Part shown: positions 1 to 8,629 of the stretch, piece after piece
Numbering within the stretch: position 1 is the first letter of the stretch
How the letters are laid out: each line of letters opens with the position of its first letter
Source of the DNA: an uncultured Chloroflexia bacterium
GTDB lineage: Bacteria > Chloroflexota > Ktedonobacteria > Ktedonobacterales > JADMIN01
Assembly: GCA_963718915.1 (NCBI GenBank)
Contig: CAVRAI010000013.1
Coordinates: 90,001-122,000 of the forward strand
DNA: 32,000 nt
Reading direction: 5' to 3'
Notes under the pieces: model-generated
What the model was told of the DNA's origin: nothing
Databases searched by the model: none
What the model saw: only the letters and a program-made list of their open reading frames with translations
Translations under genes and position numbers: made by a program

Positions 1-397
1 TGGCTTCAAGATGCTCACGCAAAGGTTCGGGTAAGATGGAGATCAGTTGTAGAAGTGCATGGCGCACGGCATCATTGCGTTCATCCTGCTGCTGCCAGAG
101 CAGTCGCGCCGCGGCATAGAGGGCTGCGCCATCGGCGTAACCAAGATGGAGCGGTTCTAGCCGGGTGTGGAAATCCGGGTCAAGTTCCCAGGTAAATCCC
201 GCTGTCGTACCATTCGAGATGAGTGGGACTTTTCCGGTTCGGCTCAGTTCTTTGAGATCACGAGTCATCGTGTCCTCTGACACATTGAGAGCGTCTGCAA
301 GTTCTTTGGTTCGCCACCTGCGCCCCTGCTGTGTCTTAATCAACTGCTCCAGAGTTATGAGCCGCGCGGCGCGATTCATCGAATCCTGCGTTGGCAT
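1..397 (-). CDS. HTH transcriptional regulator, N-terminal part (YafY/PafBC/BrxR-type, WYL-regulator-like); 3' end lies outside the window
   Basis: This ORF is absent from the ORF track because it runs off the window edge. My reverse-complement translation from the ATG at 397 stays open to position 1: MPTQDSMNRAARLITLEQLIKTQQGRRWRTKELADALNVSEDTMTRDLKELSRTGKVPLIS.... That is a DeoR/HTH_11-type winged-helix N-terminus. The WYL domain itself is not visible here. Confidence 0.6.
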   Translation of the reverse strand, partial: MPTQDSMNRAARLITLEQLIKTQQGRRWRTKELADALNVSEDTMTRDLKELSRTGKVPLISNGTTAGFTWELDPDFHTRLEPLHLGYADGAALYAAARLLWQQQDERNDAVRHALLQLISILPEPLREHLEA

Positions 398-503
398 AGT
401 AATCCCCTCTGCGGACAACCGAAATGCCGGACTTTCTGGCAGACTGACGCTATATTAGCATACCGTTGACAATCTTGGTATCCAACTAAGCTGCGCAACC
501 CAT

Positions 504-1481
504 TTATGCTAGGTCGGATGGTAGGTCTTGCGGTGTCGCTTCTTCGTTCGAGAAGGCCCAGAGCCGGGACTCTGCCAGATCGGCGAGGTGGACAAGCCAC
601 GCTTCGACTGTGTGCGGCTCGCGCGCCGCGCCCCACTCCTGCCTGCCGTGGTGTGCAAGGATCGCGTGCATCAGGTTATCGAGCCGGCCGGCTGGCAGCG
701 GATCATCGAGCAGGCGTGCGGCGCGTTCGACAGCAAGAACGCTCAAAGTTACATGGTCATAGAGATCGGCGGTCGCTGGGAATACAGCGCCAGCTAGCGC
801 GGGGAGCGTACGTAGTTTGCCGATATCATGAAGTAGCGCGGCTGCTACGGCGAGGGATCGATCGTATGCCAGACCGTCGAGACCATAGGCGTCCGCAATG
901 CGCTGGACGAGTTCGGCGACGCGCAGACTGTGGGCGAGAAGCCCGTGGCGGACGGCGCCGTGCCGGTGATGAGCGGCCGGCCAGGTGCAGAAATCGTCAA
1001 GCACATCGCTGCAGAGAACCGATTGCACCAGAACGCGCATCTGGTCATCCAGACTGGCGGAGACCTCATCGAGTTCAGCGAGCAACGCAGGGAGTGATCG
1101 GCGCGTCGCCCGCACAAATGGGCCGAGGTCGGCATCTGGAACAGTCAAAGCGCCAGTGATGCGGAGCTGGCGCTCGCCGTTAAACACGTCTACGAATCCG
1201 CTGATGTGGTAGACCTCTCCCTGCATGGGACAGTCGGTGGGCGCATGTGGGAAGTGCCACCAGCGCGCCTCGACGGTTGCGCCGCCAGCGCATTGGAGTG
1301 TCATGGCCACGTAGGGCCGGTTGCTCCGATCAGTGCGCAGCTCGGAGCGCACGATCAAAACGGCGCCTGAGATCGTTGAGTTGATCGGAGCATTCTCCAG
1401 GTGTCTGCGCTCAAGAATCTTACTGTTTGCGGCATCCGGAACGATACTTGACTCATCGGTTGCAGTGTTGCGCTGAATCAT
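504..1481 (-). CDS. OB-fold + HD-domain phosphohydrolase (YhaM-like 3'-5' exonuclease family)
   Basis: 325-aa ORF. The N-terminal region resembles an OB fold (RPYVAMTLQCAGGATVEARWWHF...GERQLRI). The C-terminal region carries HD motifs (HSLRVAELV, AALLHDIGK, HAILAHHG). GGAAGGA lies 12 nt upstream of the ATG. Confidence 0.75.
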   Translation of the reverse strand: MIQRNTATDESSIVPDAANSKILERRHLENAPINSTISGAVLIVRSELRTDRSNRPYVAMTLQCAGGATVEARWWHFPHAPTDCPMQGEVYHISGFVDVFNGERQLRITGALTVPDADLGPFVRATRRSLPALLAELDEVSASLDDQMRVLVQSVLCSDVLDDFCTWPAAHHRHGAVRHGLLAHSLRVAELVQRIADAYGLDGLAYDRSLAVAAALLHDIGKLRTLPALAGAVFPATADLYDHVTLSVLAVERAARLLDDPLPAGRLDNLMHAILAHHGRQEWGAAREPHTVEAWLVHLADLAESRLWAFSNEEATPQDLPSDLA

Positions 1482-1768
1482 GTGGCTGCGATTTCCTTCC
1501 TGATACTTCCGTGACGATACGACTACTAGGTGAAGTACGCTTCATCGCAAGGGTACACGGATGTCTCCGCAGAGATTACGGAAACGGAATCGGATTTTTT
1601 CGCTTCGGTAAACAGGCCAAAACACAAGCAGGATGTGAATAGTTGTTCAGAAGGCGTTAGCCTAACTGCGCCAGGAGAATCCATCGGTGTGGCCCTCGTG
1701 ATACGAACACGAAATTTAGAAGCTGCCTGAATTGACCTGCACCGCAAGTAGGTTCACCGATGATGTGA

Positions 1769-2059
1769 GACGGCGGGGAGCTTGAGGTGATACATACCCT
1801 GACACGAGCGCAACCGGTCGGGTGGACGGGCTATCATCGCCGGATCGATGGCCAAATGCTGCGCGAGGTGGCCTGGCCTCTTGATGAGCCGCCGCTGGCG
1901 TTCATCTGTGGCCCAACACCGTTTGTCGAGACCGCCGCAGCGAGCCTTGTAGCGCTGGGCTATGAGGCAGCACGCATCAAGACCGAGCGGTTTGGGCCAA
2001 CAGGAGAATCAGCAGTATCAGGAGCATCGGGAGAGCCAGGAGAGCTAGGAGGGGCGTGA
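1769..2059 (+). pseudogene. 3' remnant of a ferredoxin-reductase-type FAD/NAD(P)-binding oxidoreductase
   Basis: The translation DGGELEVIHTLTRAQPVGWTGYHRRIDGQMLREVAWPLDEPPLAFICGPTPFVETAAASLVALGYEAARIKTERFGPTGE matches only the C-terminal NAD-binding end of such reductases. An in-frame TGA sits at 1766-1768, and the sequence upstream is AT-richer and looks unrelated. Confidence 0.6.
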
Positions 2060-2331
2060 TGGAGAACAAACTAGACGGCAACGTGGCTGGTGGCGTCCTG
2101 CGCGAGATCTTTCCGTTCGAGATGACACTGGCCCAGACCACCTGCGTCGGCTGCGGCGCCACGAACGCTATCGGCGCATTGGCCGCGTATATGCACGGGA
2201 TGGGGACGGTGCTGCGCTGCCCATCCTGCGACTATGTGCTCATGCGTGTGGCGCATGCGAACGGGCGCTATTTGCTGGACATGCAGGGCGTCCGCGTCCT
2301 GCAGATCAGTCAGGAGACGGCGCAGGCGTGA
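2059..2331 (+). CDS. DUF6510-like small Cys-rich protein
   Basis: LDGNVAGGVLREIFPFEMT...CVGCGA...VLRCPSCDYVLMRV is the DUF6510 pattern, which usually follows a ferredoxin reductase. AGGAGG lies 6 nt upstream of the ATG. The start overlaps the upstream stop (GTGATG). Confidence 0.6.
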   Translation: MENKLDGNVAGGVLREIFPFEMTLAQTTCVGCGATNAIGALAAYMHGMGTVLRCPSCDYVLMRVAHANGRYLLDMQGVRVLQISQETAQA

Positions 2332-2457
2332 TGAGCGGCGTGATGCGTATCGCTTCAGCCGATAAGATCAATGGCGCAATTTGGCAAATCTCACGCGGAT
2401 TCGCCAACGGCCAATGGGAGCGCGCTCTCAAGGCGCCCCGCGTTCGTGAGTCGCCAA

Positions 2458-3544
2458 TTACCCGAAGGTGAACGCAAACGCTTCGGCGCGGGGGTCGAGA
2501 AACTCGATCTCGAAGCGGCGGTCGTCGATTGGTTGCGGCTGGCGGATCAATTGATACAGACGCTGTTCAGTCACCGTGCCGTCGCCTTGCTCGTCGATGT
2601 CACTGCCATGGGCAGCGCCTGGCGCCTGTCCATCGAGGCGGACCTTGAAACGCGCGAACGAGCCTGGTGTGGCTGGTCCCATGACGAGATGCAGGTCGCG
2701 CGCGTGGAACTGGTAGGCGATCCGCCCGTTGGCCGTGTTAACCGCGGCGGCTTGTGGCCCCAGGGTCCAATCACCCACAAGCGCCCAATGATTGCGTCTC
2801 ATCCGTGTCGGCGCGGTGTAGACATGGCTGACACCCAGCGCCGCACCCTCGGGAGACGCGAAATGCTCGGCGCGCTCATAGCCGAGATAGGTTTCAGGCG
2901 TTTCCAGGTCACTCCAGTCAGCGTCGGCCTCAATACCTTGGGCAGCGACCGAACCCGAAATCAGCGTATCGCCGACGCTAATAGCGCTGTTGCCTCCTTC
3001 AGCCAACAAGCGTTGAATCATGATTTCCCGACCGCGCATAGTCTCCCTCGCCGAAATGGTGGTGGCGAATCTGTCCCTCAACATCGAAGAGATAGAGGGC
3101 AGGCCAGTAATGGTTGCTGAACGCGGTCCAGATCGCATAGTCGTTGTCGACCGCCACTGGGTACGCAACCCGCATCGCCTTGACAGCCTGGCGCACGTTC
3201 TCGATGTCGTGCTCGAAGGGAAACTCGGGTGTATGGACCCCGAGTGTCACCAGACCTTGATCCCGGTAGGTCTCAGCCCAGGCGCGGATGTAGGGCAGGG
3301 TGCGCAACCAGTTGATGCAGGTATAGGTCCAGAAGTTGACTAGGACGACCTTGCCGCGTAGTGCGGCCGCTGTTAGGGGTTCCGAGTTGAGCCATGCGGT
3401 CGCGCCCGAAAGTGAAGGCATGTTCCCTTCGGTTGCGACGTCAGATATATCGTTGGTTTCAATGGTAGCGAAGCCAGCGGACGCAAGGGTAATGGATGAA
3501 GCGTCCACCAGGCCGTGGCGACGATAATCGATTTGGTCTGACAT
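2458..3544 (-). pseudogene. Redoxin/thioredoxin-fold protein with DipZ-like C-terminal domain, disrupted by a +1 frameshift
   Basis: Two overlapping minus-strand ORFs (2999..3544 and 2458..3168) encode the N- and C-terminal parts of one protein. The first ends ...HHHFGEGDYARSGNHDSTLVG*. The second frame reads ...REIMIQRLLAEGG.... The total span is 1087 nt, which is 3n+1. Confidence 0.75.
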
Positions 3545-3561
3545 GTGTCATTTTCCCCTCT

Positions 3562-3587
3562 CTGGTAGAGCGCTCTGGTAGAGCGCT
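3562..3587. repeat. 13-bp tandem CTGGTAGAGCGCT x2, containing the palindrome AGAGCGCTCT
   Basis: Read directly. It lies 18-43 nt upstream of the start of the frameshifted redoxin gene. Confidence 0.9.
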
Positions 3588-3632
3588 TCGGGCCATATGC
3601 CCGCATCAGGAGCGCTCACGAGGACGACCTGA

Positions 3633-3743
3633 GAAAGCCCCGCACCAACCCGGCAATCTCACCTGCAACCTGCTACCCCATGCGCGCCCTGTCCCGGCCC
3701 CCCATGAAAGCCCCGCACCAACCCGGCAATCTCACCTGCAACC
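3633..3743. repeat. Perfect 38-bp direct repeat (3633-3670 and 3706-3743) straddling the 3' end of the hydrolase gene
   Basis: GAAAGCCCCGCACCAACCCGGCAATCTCACCTGCAACC occurs twice, 73 bp apart. The flanks differ. Confidence 0.9.
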
Positions 3744-4573
3744 GTATCCAGGGCGAAGTGGCCCGCAGCGAGAACATGCACTTCGGCGTCAGGCACATCC
3801 TGGCGATAGGCTTCCGGCTCCGAGAGCTCGAACGAGAGGTCATATCGCCCCCAGATTACCAGCAGGCGCGGCTGCTTTTTGCGCAACCAGGCTTGCCATC
3901 GGGGATAGGCCTTGACGTTGGTGCGGTAGTCGTAGAAGAGGTCACTCTGGATGTCCGCCTGGCCGGGCTGGTTCAGAAAGGCAAATTCATCGGTCCAGAG
4001 ATCCGGGTCATAGCGTTCCTCGTTGGGATCGTTGCCGATATGGCGTGTCCGCGTTGTGGCCAGCGACAGGAGATTCGTGCGCAGCGCGCTTTCATTGGCA
4101 GCGCGATCAGCCCAAAAGGCGCGCCGCAGCTTCCAATTTTCCCCAAGACCTTCATTATGCGCCACCGCGTCCTGGACGATGAGCGCCTCAATCCGGTCTG
4201 GGTGGGCCAATGCCATGCGAAATCCCACCGGGCCACCGTAATCCTGCATGTACAGCGTGAAGTGGGAGAGTCCGAGCGCTTCGGTGAAGTGATTTATGAT
4301 CTCGGCCAAGTGGGCGAACGTGTACGCGAATTGTTTTGGGTCTGGCCAGTCGCTGTGCCCGAAGCCAGGGTAATCGGGCGCGACAAGGTGATAGCGATCG
4401 GACAGCCGGGCGAAGAGCGGCTCGAACATCCGCGATGAGGAGGGAAGCCCGTGCAGCAGGAGCAGGGTCGGCGCATCTTGTGGCCCAGCCTCGCGGTAAA
4501 AGATTGAAATCCCATCTACCGGTGTTGTCCGATAAAATGTCGGATGTTCCAGATGTTCCGCCGGGCGATCCAT
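3659..4573 (-). CDS. Alpha/beta-fold hydrolase (haloalkane dehalogenase/epoxide hydrolase-like)
   Basis: LLLLHGLPSSSRMF, APDYPGFGHSD and YMQDYGGPVG (nucleophile elbow) are present. I prefer the ATG at 4573 (MDRPAEH) because GGAGG lies 8 nt upstream. The ORF-track GTG at 4582 overlaps that RBS. Confidence 0.85.
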   Translation of the reverse strand: MDRPAEHLEHPTFYRTTPVDGISIFYREAGPQDAPTLLLLHGLPSSSRMFEPLFARLSDRYHLVAPDYPGFGHSDWPDPKQFAYTFAHLAEIINHFTEALGLSHFTLYMQDYGGPVGFRMALAHPDRIEALIVQDAVAHNEGLGENWKLRRAFWADRAANESALRTNLLSLATTRTRHIGNDPNEERYDPDLWTDEFAFLNQPGQADIQSDLFYDYRTNVKAYPRWQAWLRKKQPRLLVIWGRYDLSFELSEPEAYRQDVPDAEVHVLAAGHFALDTVAGEIAGLVRGFHGGPGQGAHGVAGCR

Positions 4574-4690
4574 TTCGCTCACCTCCGTCTTCTCTCACCT
4601 CCGTCGGCTGCATATTGATGATACTCTGTCGCGCTGGGGACGACGAGCACGGCGAGGGTGCGCTCGTCGTCCACCTCACTTCTTTCCAGG

Positions 4691-5941
4691 TTAGCGCAGC
4701 GAACGGAAGCTCGTACGGAGTTCTTCCGTGAAGGCTTGCGGCTGCTCCCATGCCGCGAAGTGCCCGCCTTTGGGTATCCGGTTGTAATGAATCAGGTTGG
4801 GATATGCTTTTTCCGCCCAACTGCGCGGGGCGGCATAGATCTCGTCGGGGAATACGCTGACGGCGACCGGTATCTTGACACCGCGCACGTCGAAGAAGCC
4901 TCCTCCCGTCGACGTCTGAGCGGTGTCCCAGTAGAGGCGGGCGGACGAGATCGCCGTGTTCGTCAGCCAGTAGAGCGTCACATTGTCGAGGACGTCGTCG
5001 CGCGTCAGCCCTTCCGTCTTGCCGTCGAAGACGCGAGCGATAAGCTCCTGGCTGCGTGCGTCGTGGTCGAGCATCCAGGCCGCAAGGCCGACCGGGGAAT
5101 CCGCAATGCCGTAGAGTGTCTGTGGGCGATTGGACATCTCGTTGGCGTAGCCCAGGCCCTTCTTGTAGAAGAAATCGAGCTGATTCCACGCATTCTGCTC
5201 CTCAGCCGAGAGCCTGGTTGGCGGTTCCTGGTTGAACGCGAGCGCCTTGCTCATCTCGGCTGGCACCGTGGCGGGCATGTTGGTGTGGATGCCGAGCAGT
5301 TCTGGTGGCGCCTGCAAGGCCATCACCTCCGAGACGGCATTCCCCCAGTCGCCGCCCTGCGCCACAAAACGCGTGTAGCCAAGGCGCTTCATCAGTTCTG
5401 TCCACGCGCGGGCTATGCGGGCGGGATCCCAACCGGGTGATCTCGGCTTGCCTGAGAAGCCGTAGCCTGGAAGTGAGGGAATTACCAGATGGAAAGCGTC
5501 TGATGTGCTCGCGCTGTGCGCTGTGGGGTTGGTCAATGGTTCGATGATCTTAAGCTGCTCGATGACCGAGCCCGGCCAGCCGTGGGTGACGATGAGTGGC
5601 AAGGCATTTGCATGGGGCGAGCGGACGTGGATGAAATGGATGTCGAGTCCGTCGATCTCGGTGACGAACTGCGGCAAGGCATGTAATCTCGCCTCTACCT
5701 TGCGCCAATCGTAGTCCGTGGTCCAGTAGCGTGCGAGCTGCCGCATCGTCGCAAGCGGCACGCCCTGCGACGCATCGGCGACGGTCTCCTTGTCGGGCCA
5801 GATGGTTGCCGCCACGCGGCGGCGCAGGTTGGCGAGCGCCTCATCCGACGCGGTGAAGCTGAAAGTGCGGATGTCGGGATGGGTCGTCACATTGGGTGGT
5901 GGGGTCATGTTGGGTTCTGGGGTCATGCCAGGTTGGCTCAT
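4691..5941 (-). CDS. Epoxide hydrolase (microsomal-type, with N-terminal EHN domain)
   Basis: DEALANLRRRVAATIWPD...FVTEIDGLDIHFIHVRSPHANALPLIVTHGWPGS...GGDWG are present. The start is chosen at the ATG at 5941 (MSQPGMTPEPN), with GGAG upstream. The longer ORF-track start at 6172 adds a non-protein-like extension. Confidence 0.85.
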   Translation of the reverse strand: MSQPGMTPEPNMTPPPNVTTHPDIRTFSFTASDEALANLRRRVAATIWPDKETVADASQGVPLATMRQLARYWTTDYDWRKVEARLHALPQFVTEIDGLDIHFIHVRSPHANALPLIVTHGWPGSVIEQLKIIEPLTNPTAHSASTSDAFHLVIPSLPGYGFSGKPRSPGWDPARIARAWTELMKRLGYTRFVAQGGDWGNAVSEVMALQAPPELLGIHTNMPATVPAEMSKALAFNQEPPTRLSAEEQNAWNQLDFFYKKGLGYANEMSNRPQTLYGIADSPVGLAAWMLDHDARSQELIARVFDGKTEGLTRDDVLDNVTLYWLTNTAISSARLYWDTAQTSTGGGFFDVRGVKIPVAVSVFPDEIYAAPRSWAEKAYPNLIHYNRIPKGGHFAAWEQPQAFTEELRTSFRSLR

Positions 5942-6452
5942 AGTAATCTCCTTGTCATCTCCTACTGCTCGTATTGCCCTGTGCTGGTACCGCACCGTCC
6001 AATACTCTGTTCGCCGGCGCGACACCGCGGCCGAGCGCCAGGTCTTCGATACGTGCCGCCTGTGTTGTCTCAGAGGCTCTTGTGACGAGCCTTCGCGAGT
6101 GTAGTTCGGAGGTGGCCTGGGCGCCCCGTCATCAGGGTGAGTCGCGGGGGCCAGTCTATTCCGCATGTCCATCGGTGAGGCGCCGCGTCGTCCTATGCTC
6201 TGAGCCGACCAGGGTCCGCATGGCCAGCGGCATGGTCAGCAGGGCGTGGGTGTTATGTCCTATTCAGCGGTGGTTTGGGGCTTGCGTGATGGGGAAGGCG
6301 GTATGAGCGACAACAGGCTGGTCACGAGTCCATGTGTGCGGCAATCCTGGCGATGCAACTCAACAGGTGGTTCAGAATGAAAATTAGGAAGATCATCAGC
6401 GGGGACAGTGTGGCCGCACTTGCCCTGTATCAGATCGCCAGAGCGTAAATGG

Positions 6453-6896
6453 TCACGTCAACAAATGGTAGACCTCCGTCCACATCTGGGCAGGATCGTC
6501 ATTGTGTGGACCATAGACCTCCCACTTTGTTCCAGTTGGCTGTCGTCCCTGCTCCGCTCACCAGTCGAGTACTGCCTGGTGAGCGGCTCCTAGCCCCGCA
6601 TACATACCCCGGTGCATGGTCATGGCGACCTGCCCGGCTGGCAGAGTCGAGGCCACTACGCGCCCTGTGAGCGGGCAGGGGACGCGCAATTCAACGCCGA
6701 CCTCGACATGCGGCACATCATCCCAATAGAGCATGATATTTGGGCAGCCACGAGTGACTCCGCCTGCCCGCAAGCAAGTCCATACTTCATCGAGCAGGGT
6801 CCGCCATAGCGACGGGAACTCCTGCCAGGTTGTCGTCGCCGCGACCACTGCGGTCGGGCGGGCCATGACATCCTGCGCAATGACGTCGTAACGCAT
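6453..6896 (-). pseudogene. GyrI-like small-molecule-binding domain protein interrupted by an in-frame TGA
   Basis: The 112-aa ORF ends ...AHQAVLDW* at 6558-6560. The same frame continues AEQGRQPTGTKWEVYGPHNDDPAQMWTEVYHLLT* to 6453, which is the normal C-terminus of this family. GAAGGAGG lies upstream of the ATG at 6896. Confidence 0.65.
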
Positions 6897-6924
6897 GTCG
6901 CCTCCTTCAAGGGGCGCTAGCTTT

Positions 6925-7236
6925 TCAAGGCGCGATATCGTTGGCGCGCTGCTCGGCGGGGTTGATCACATCTGATTCGTCGCCTGGCGCTGAAGCTGAT
7001 TGCGCTGTTGGTGGTGCTGTATCCGCCGTCGTATGTGTCTCTTGCGCCGACTTCGCCTGTATCCGCAATTGGACAGCATACCAGACAGAGATTGGAATAA
7101 AGAGCGCCAAGATGACCAGCGTGACGGCAGCAATCCAGAGCGGATAGCCCCAGTTGATGGTCGTGGTGGTCAAGATTGCTGCCGTGACTATGACACCTAA
7201 CGCGCCGAAGAGATGTCGCTTCGTGATGTGGTACAT
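6925..7236 (-). CDS. Small two-TM membrane protein, unknown function
   Basis: 103-aa ORF with two hydrophobic stretches (FGALGVIVTAAILTTTTI and LWIAAVTLVILALFIPISVWYAV). AAGGAA lies upstream. Confidence 0.5.
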   Translation of the reverse strand: MYHITKRHLFGALGVIVTAAILTTTTINWGYPLWIAAVTLVILALFIPISVWYAVQLRIQAKSAQETHTTADTAPPTAQSASAPGDESDVINPAEQRANDIAP

Positions 7237-7357
7237 CGTTTGCCGAATTCCTTCTTACTCGATGCGGCCTTTAGTTGACACCCACACCTGTGCCGCTGAT
7301 GTTACGCGGCGTTGCGTGATCGTTCTGGATGGTTGCTCTCGATGGAGCGATCATAAC

Positions 7358-8347
7358 TCACTCAGTCCAGGGGTTTGTGTCGCGGTAGGGGAAGTGCGGT
7401 TCCGTGTCGGTGCGCGGGCGCTGGGCCTCGCGTTCGAGATCCTCCACGGTATAGGCGCCTGTGGGTGTCTCATGGTCTGGTGGCGGTGCATTGAACCGCG
7501 CCCGGATTGTATTACAGTGACAGGTCCAGGCAGGCGGACACGCCTTGGGCAGACACAAGAGCGCGATCGTGTATTGGTGGAGGAGCGCAGTCACACCGGG
7601 GTCGCGCGGCAAGAGAATCGTGCCAGCGGGCGCGTCGGGATCGGTAAGCCGGACATGCTCGTGATGCCAGTAGCCGAGGAGGCAGGCAATCTCGTGCTCC
7701 ATCAGGCGCTGATTGGCATGTAACGAACGCAGCACAATCTCTGGCTGACGTTGCGCTTGACCCTGGGCGGGGGTGGCGCTATGTGGGTAGATAACGATCC
7801 AAGCGGAGGGGAGCGTCCGCCCCGTTTCCTCATCAACATCGAGACCCGGCTGGTCAGCGTGTGCCGCCTGATTCGCCTGGTTCGCCTGATTCGTCTGGGT
7901 GGTTTGGGTGGCTTGCGCGAGGATGGTTGGACTGATGCGCAGCCCCAGGAGCGTGGCGCTGATTGAGAGGACTGCCCGACTGGAGAAGGCGGACGGTCCA
8001 CGAGGATCGGGGTGCGGCCCGCCGGGCCGTGGGCGATTGCGGTAGAGGCGTTCCAGCGCGATGGCGCGAATGCGTTCACCGGCGGCGCGCGCGCCATACC
8101 AGAGGTCGGCGAAGGGACGCGAGTGGTAGAGATCTAACGGGATGGTCGCCCTTCCCGTTGAGGGCGTCACTCGTGCCTGCTGTGCAATCCAGTGCTGAAG
8201 GGAAGAGCCGGGAAATAGATAGCGAGAGTTGTGATGAGGCTGATGTTGAGATGGGTGAGGAGTAGACCGATGGACTGACGATGGGCCGTTGCTGTGAGAG
8301 TCAGGAATCTCATGGTGATCGTTGTCGTGCCCAGGTAGATTCGTCAT
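7358..8347 (-). CDS. Hypothetical His/Gln/Pro-rich protein
   Basis: 329-aa ORF with no family I recognise. It contains a degenerate 9-bp x5 tandem (7868-7912) encoding ATQTTQTNQANQANQAA. The C-terminal half looks globular (EIVLRSLHANQRLMEHEIACLLGYWHHEH...). Confidence 0.5.
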   Translation of the reverse strand: MTNLPGHDNDHHEIPDSHSNGPSSVHRSTPHPSQHQPHHNSRYLFPGSSLQHWIAQQARVTPSTGRATIPLDLYHSRPFADLWYGARAAGERIRAIALERLYRNRPRPGGPHPDPRGPSAFSSRAVLSISATLLGLRISPTILAQATQTTQTNQANQANQAAHADQPGLDVDEETGRTLPSAWIVIYPHSATPAQGQAQRQPEIVLRSLHANQRLMEHEIACLLGYWHHEHVRLTDPDAPAGTILLPRDPGVTALLHQYTIALLCLPKACPPAWTCHCNTIRARFNAPPPDHETPTGAYTVEDLEREAQRPRTDTEPHFPYRDTNPWTE

Positions 8348-8629
8348 GCGATGATGTATCCTTTCTCAAAAAGTTCATACCGCTGAAATCGCTGATCGCG
8401 GATCACTCATTGCGCGGCGCTCAGGGTGAACGTCGTAGCGCTAGATAGGCAATTAGAGCGTGTGCATGTGCAAGCATATGAGATACAGTATAGCGAAAGC
8501 AATTAGGCCGCGTATCAGTAAAACTGCGCAAGGTGGGGAATTTACCTACGTGAAATGGACGTGAAACGTAGGTGAGATGTGATTGTGATGTGTGCCGAGA
8601 CAACGCGGTCGTAAAGGAGTTGAAGGCTG

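Noticed and set aside
2371-3120. 249-aa plus-strand ORF
   Set aside because: It is antisense to the clearly homologous DipZ-like redoxin sequence and has no protein-like features.
4188-5440. Long overlapping ORFs (4188..5189 minus, 4658..5440 plus and others) across the two hydrolase genes
   Set aside because: They are out-of-frame or antisense shadows of the alpha/beta hydrolase and epoxide hydrolase genes. Their translations are Arg/Pro/Gly-rich with no motifs.
5942-6172. N-terminal 77-codon extension of the epoxide hydrolase ORF
   Set aside because: The extension does not look protein-like and has no RBS. The ATG at 5941 has GGAG upstream and begins just before the conserved EHN domain.
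6363-6385. ACAGGTGGTTCAGAATGAAAATT as an alternative left att site. It resembles the tRNA-Trp 3' half GCAGGTGGGACAGGAATCGAACC.
   Set aside because: Only about 15 of 22 positions match, and a gap is required, so I could not distinguish it from chance. I kept it only as a fallback in case the 8531 boundary proves wrong, in which case the element would be about 7.7 kb.
6558-6560. The in-frame TGA as selenocysteine or programmed read-through
   Set aside because: I see no convincing SECIS-like hairpin immediately downstream and no selenoprotein context. Two other broken genes lie nearby, so a nonsense mutation is the simpler explanation.
7358-8347. An ImmA/IrrE-like anti-repressor protease downstream of the XRE gene, based on LMEHEIACLLGYWHHEH
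   Set aside because: The motif is HEIAC, not the canonical HExxH. A 280-bp AT-richer gap separates it from the XRE gene. It also lies outside my preferred left att boundary. The idea is pure speculation without a profile search.
8545-8572. The inverted repeat CCTACGT...ACGTAGG as a terminator of the XRE gene
   Set aside because: The stem is only 7 bp with a 14-nt loop and no U-tract. The segment is better explained by the duplicated ACGTGAAA / GAAATGGACGTG motif, which may be an integrase arm site.
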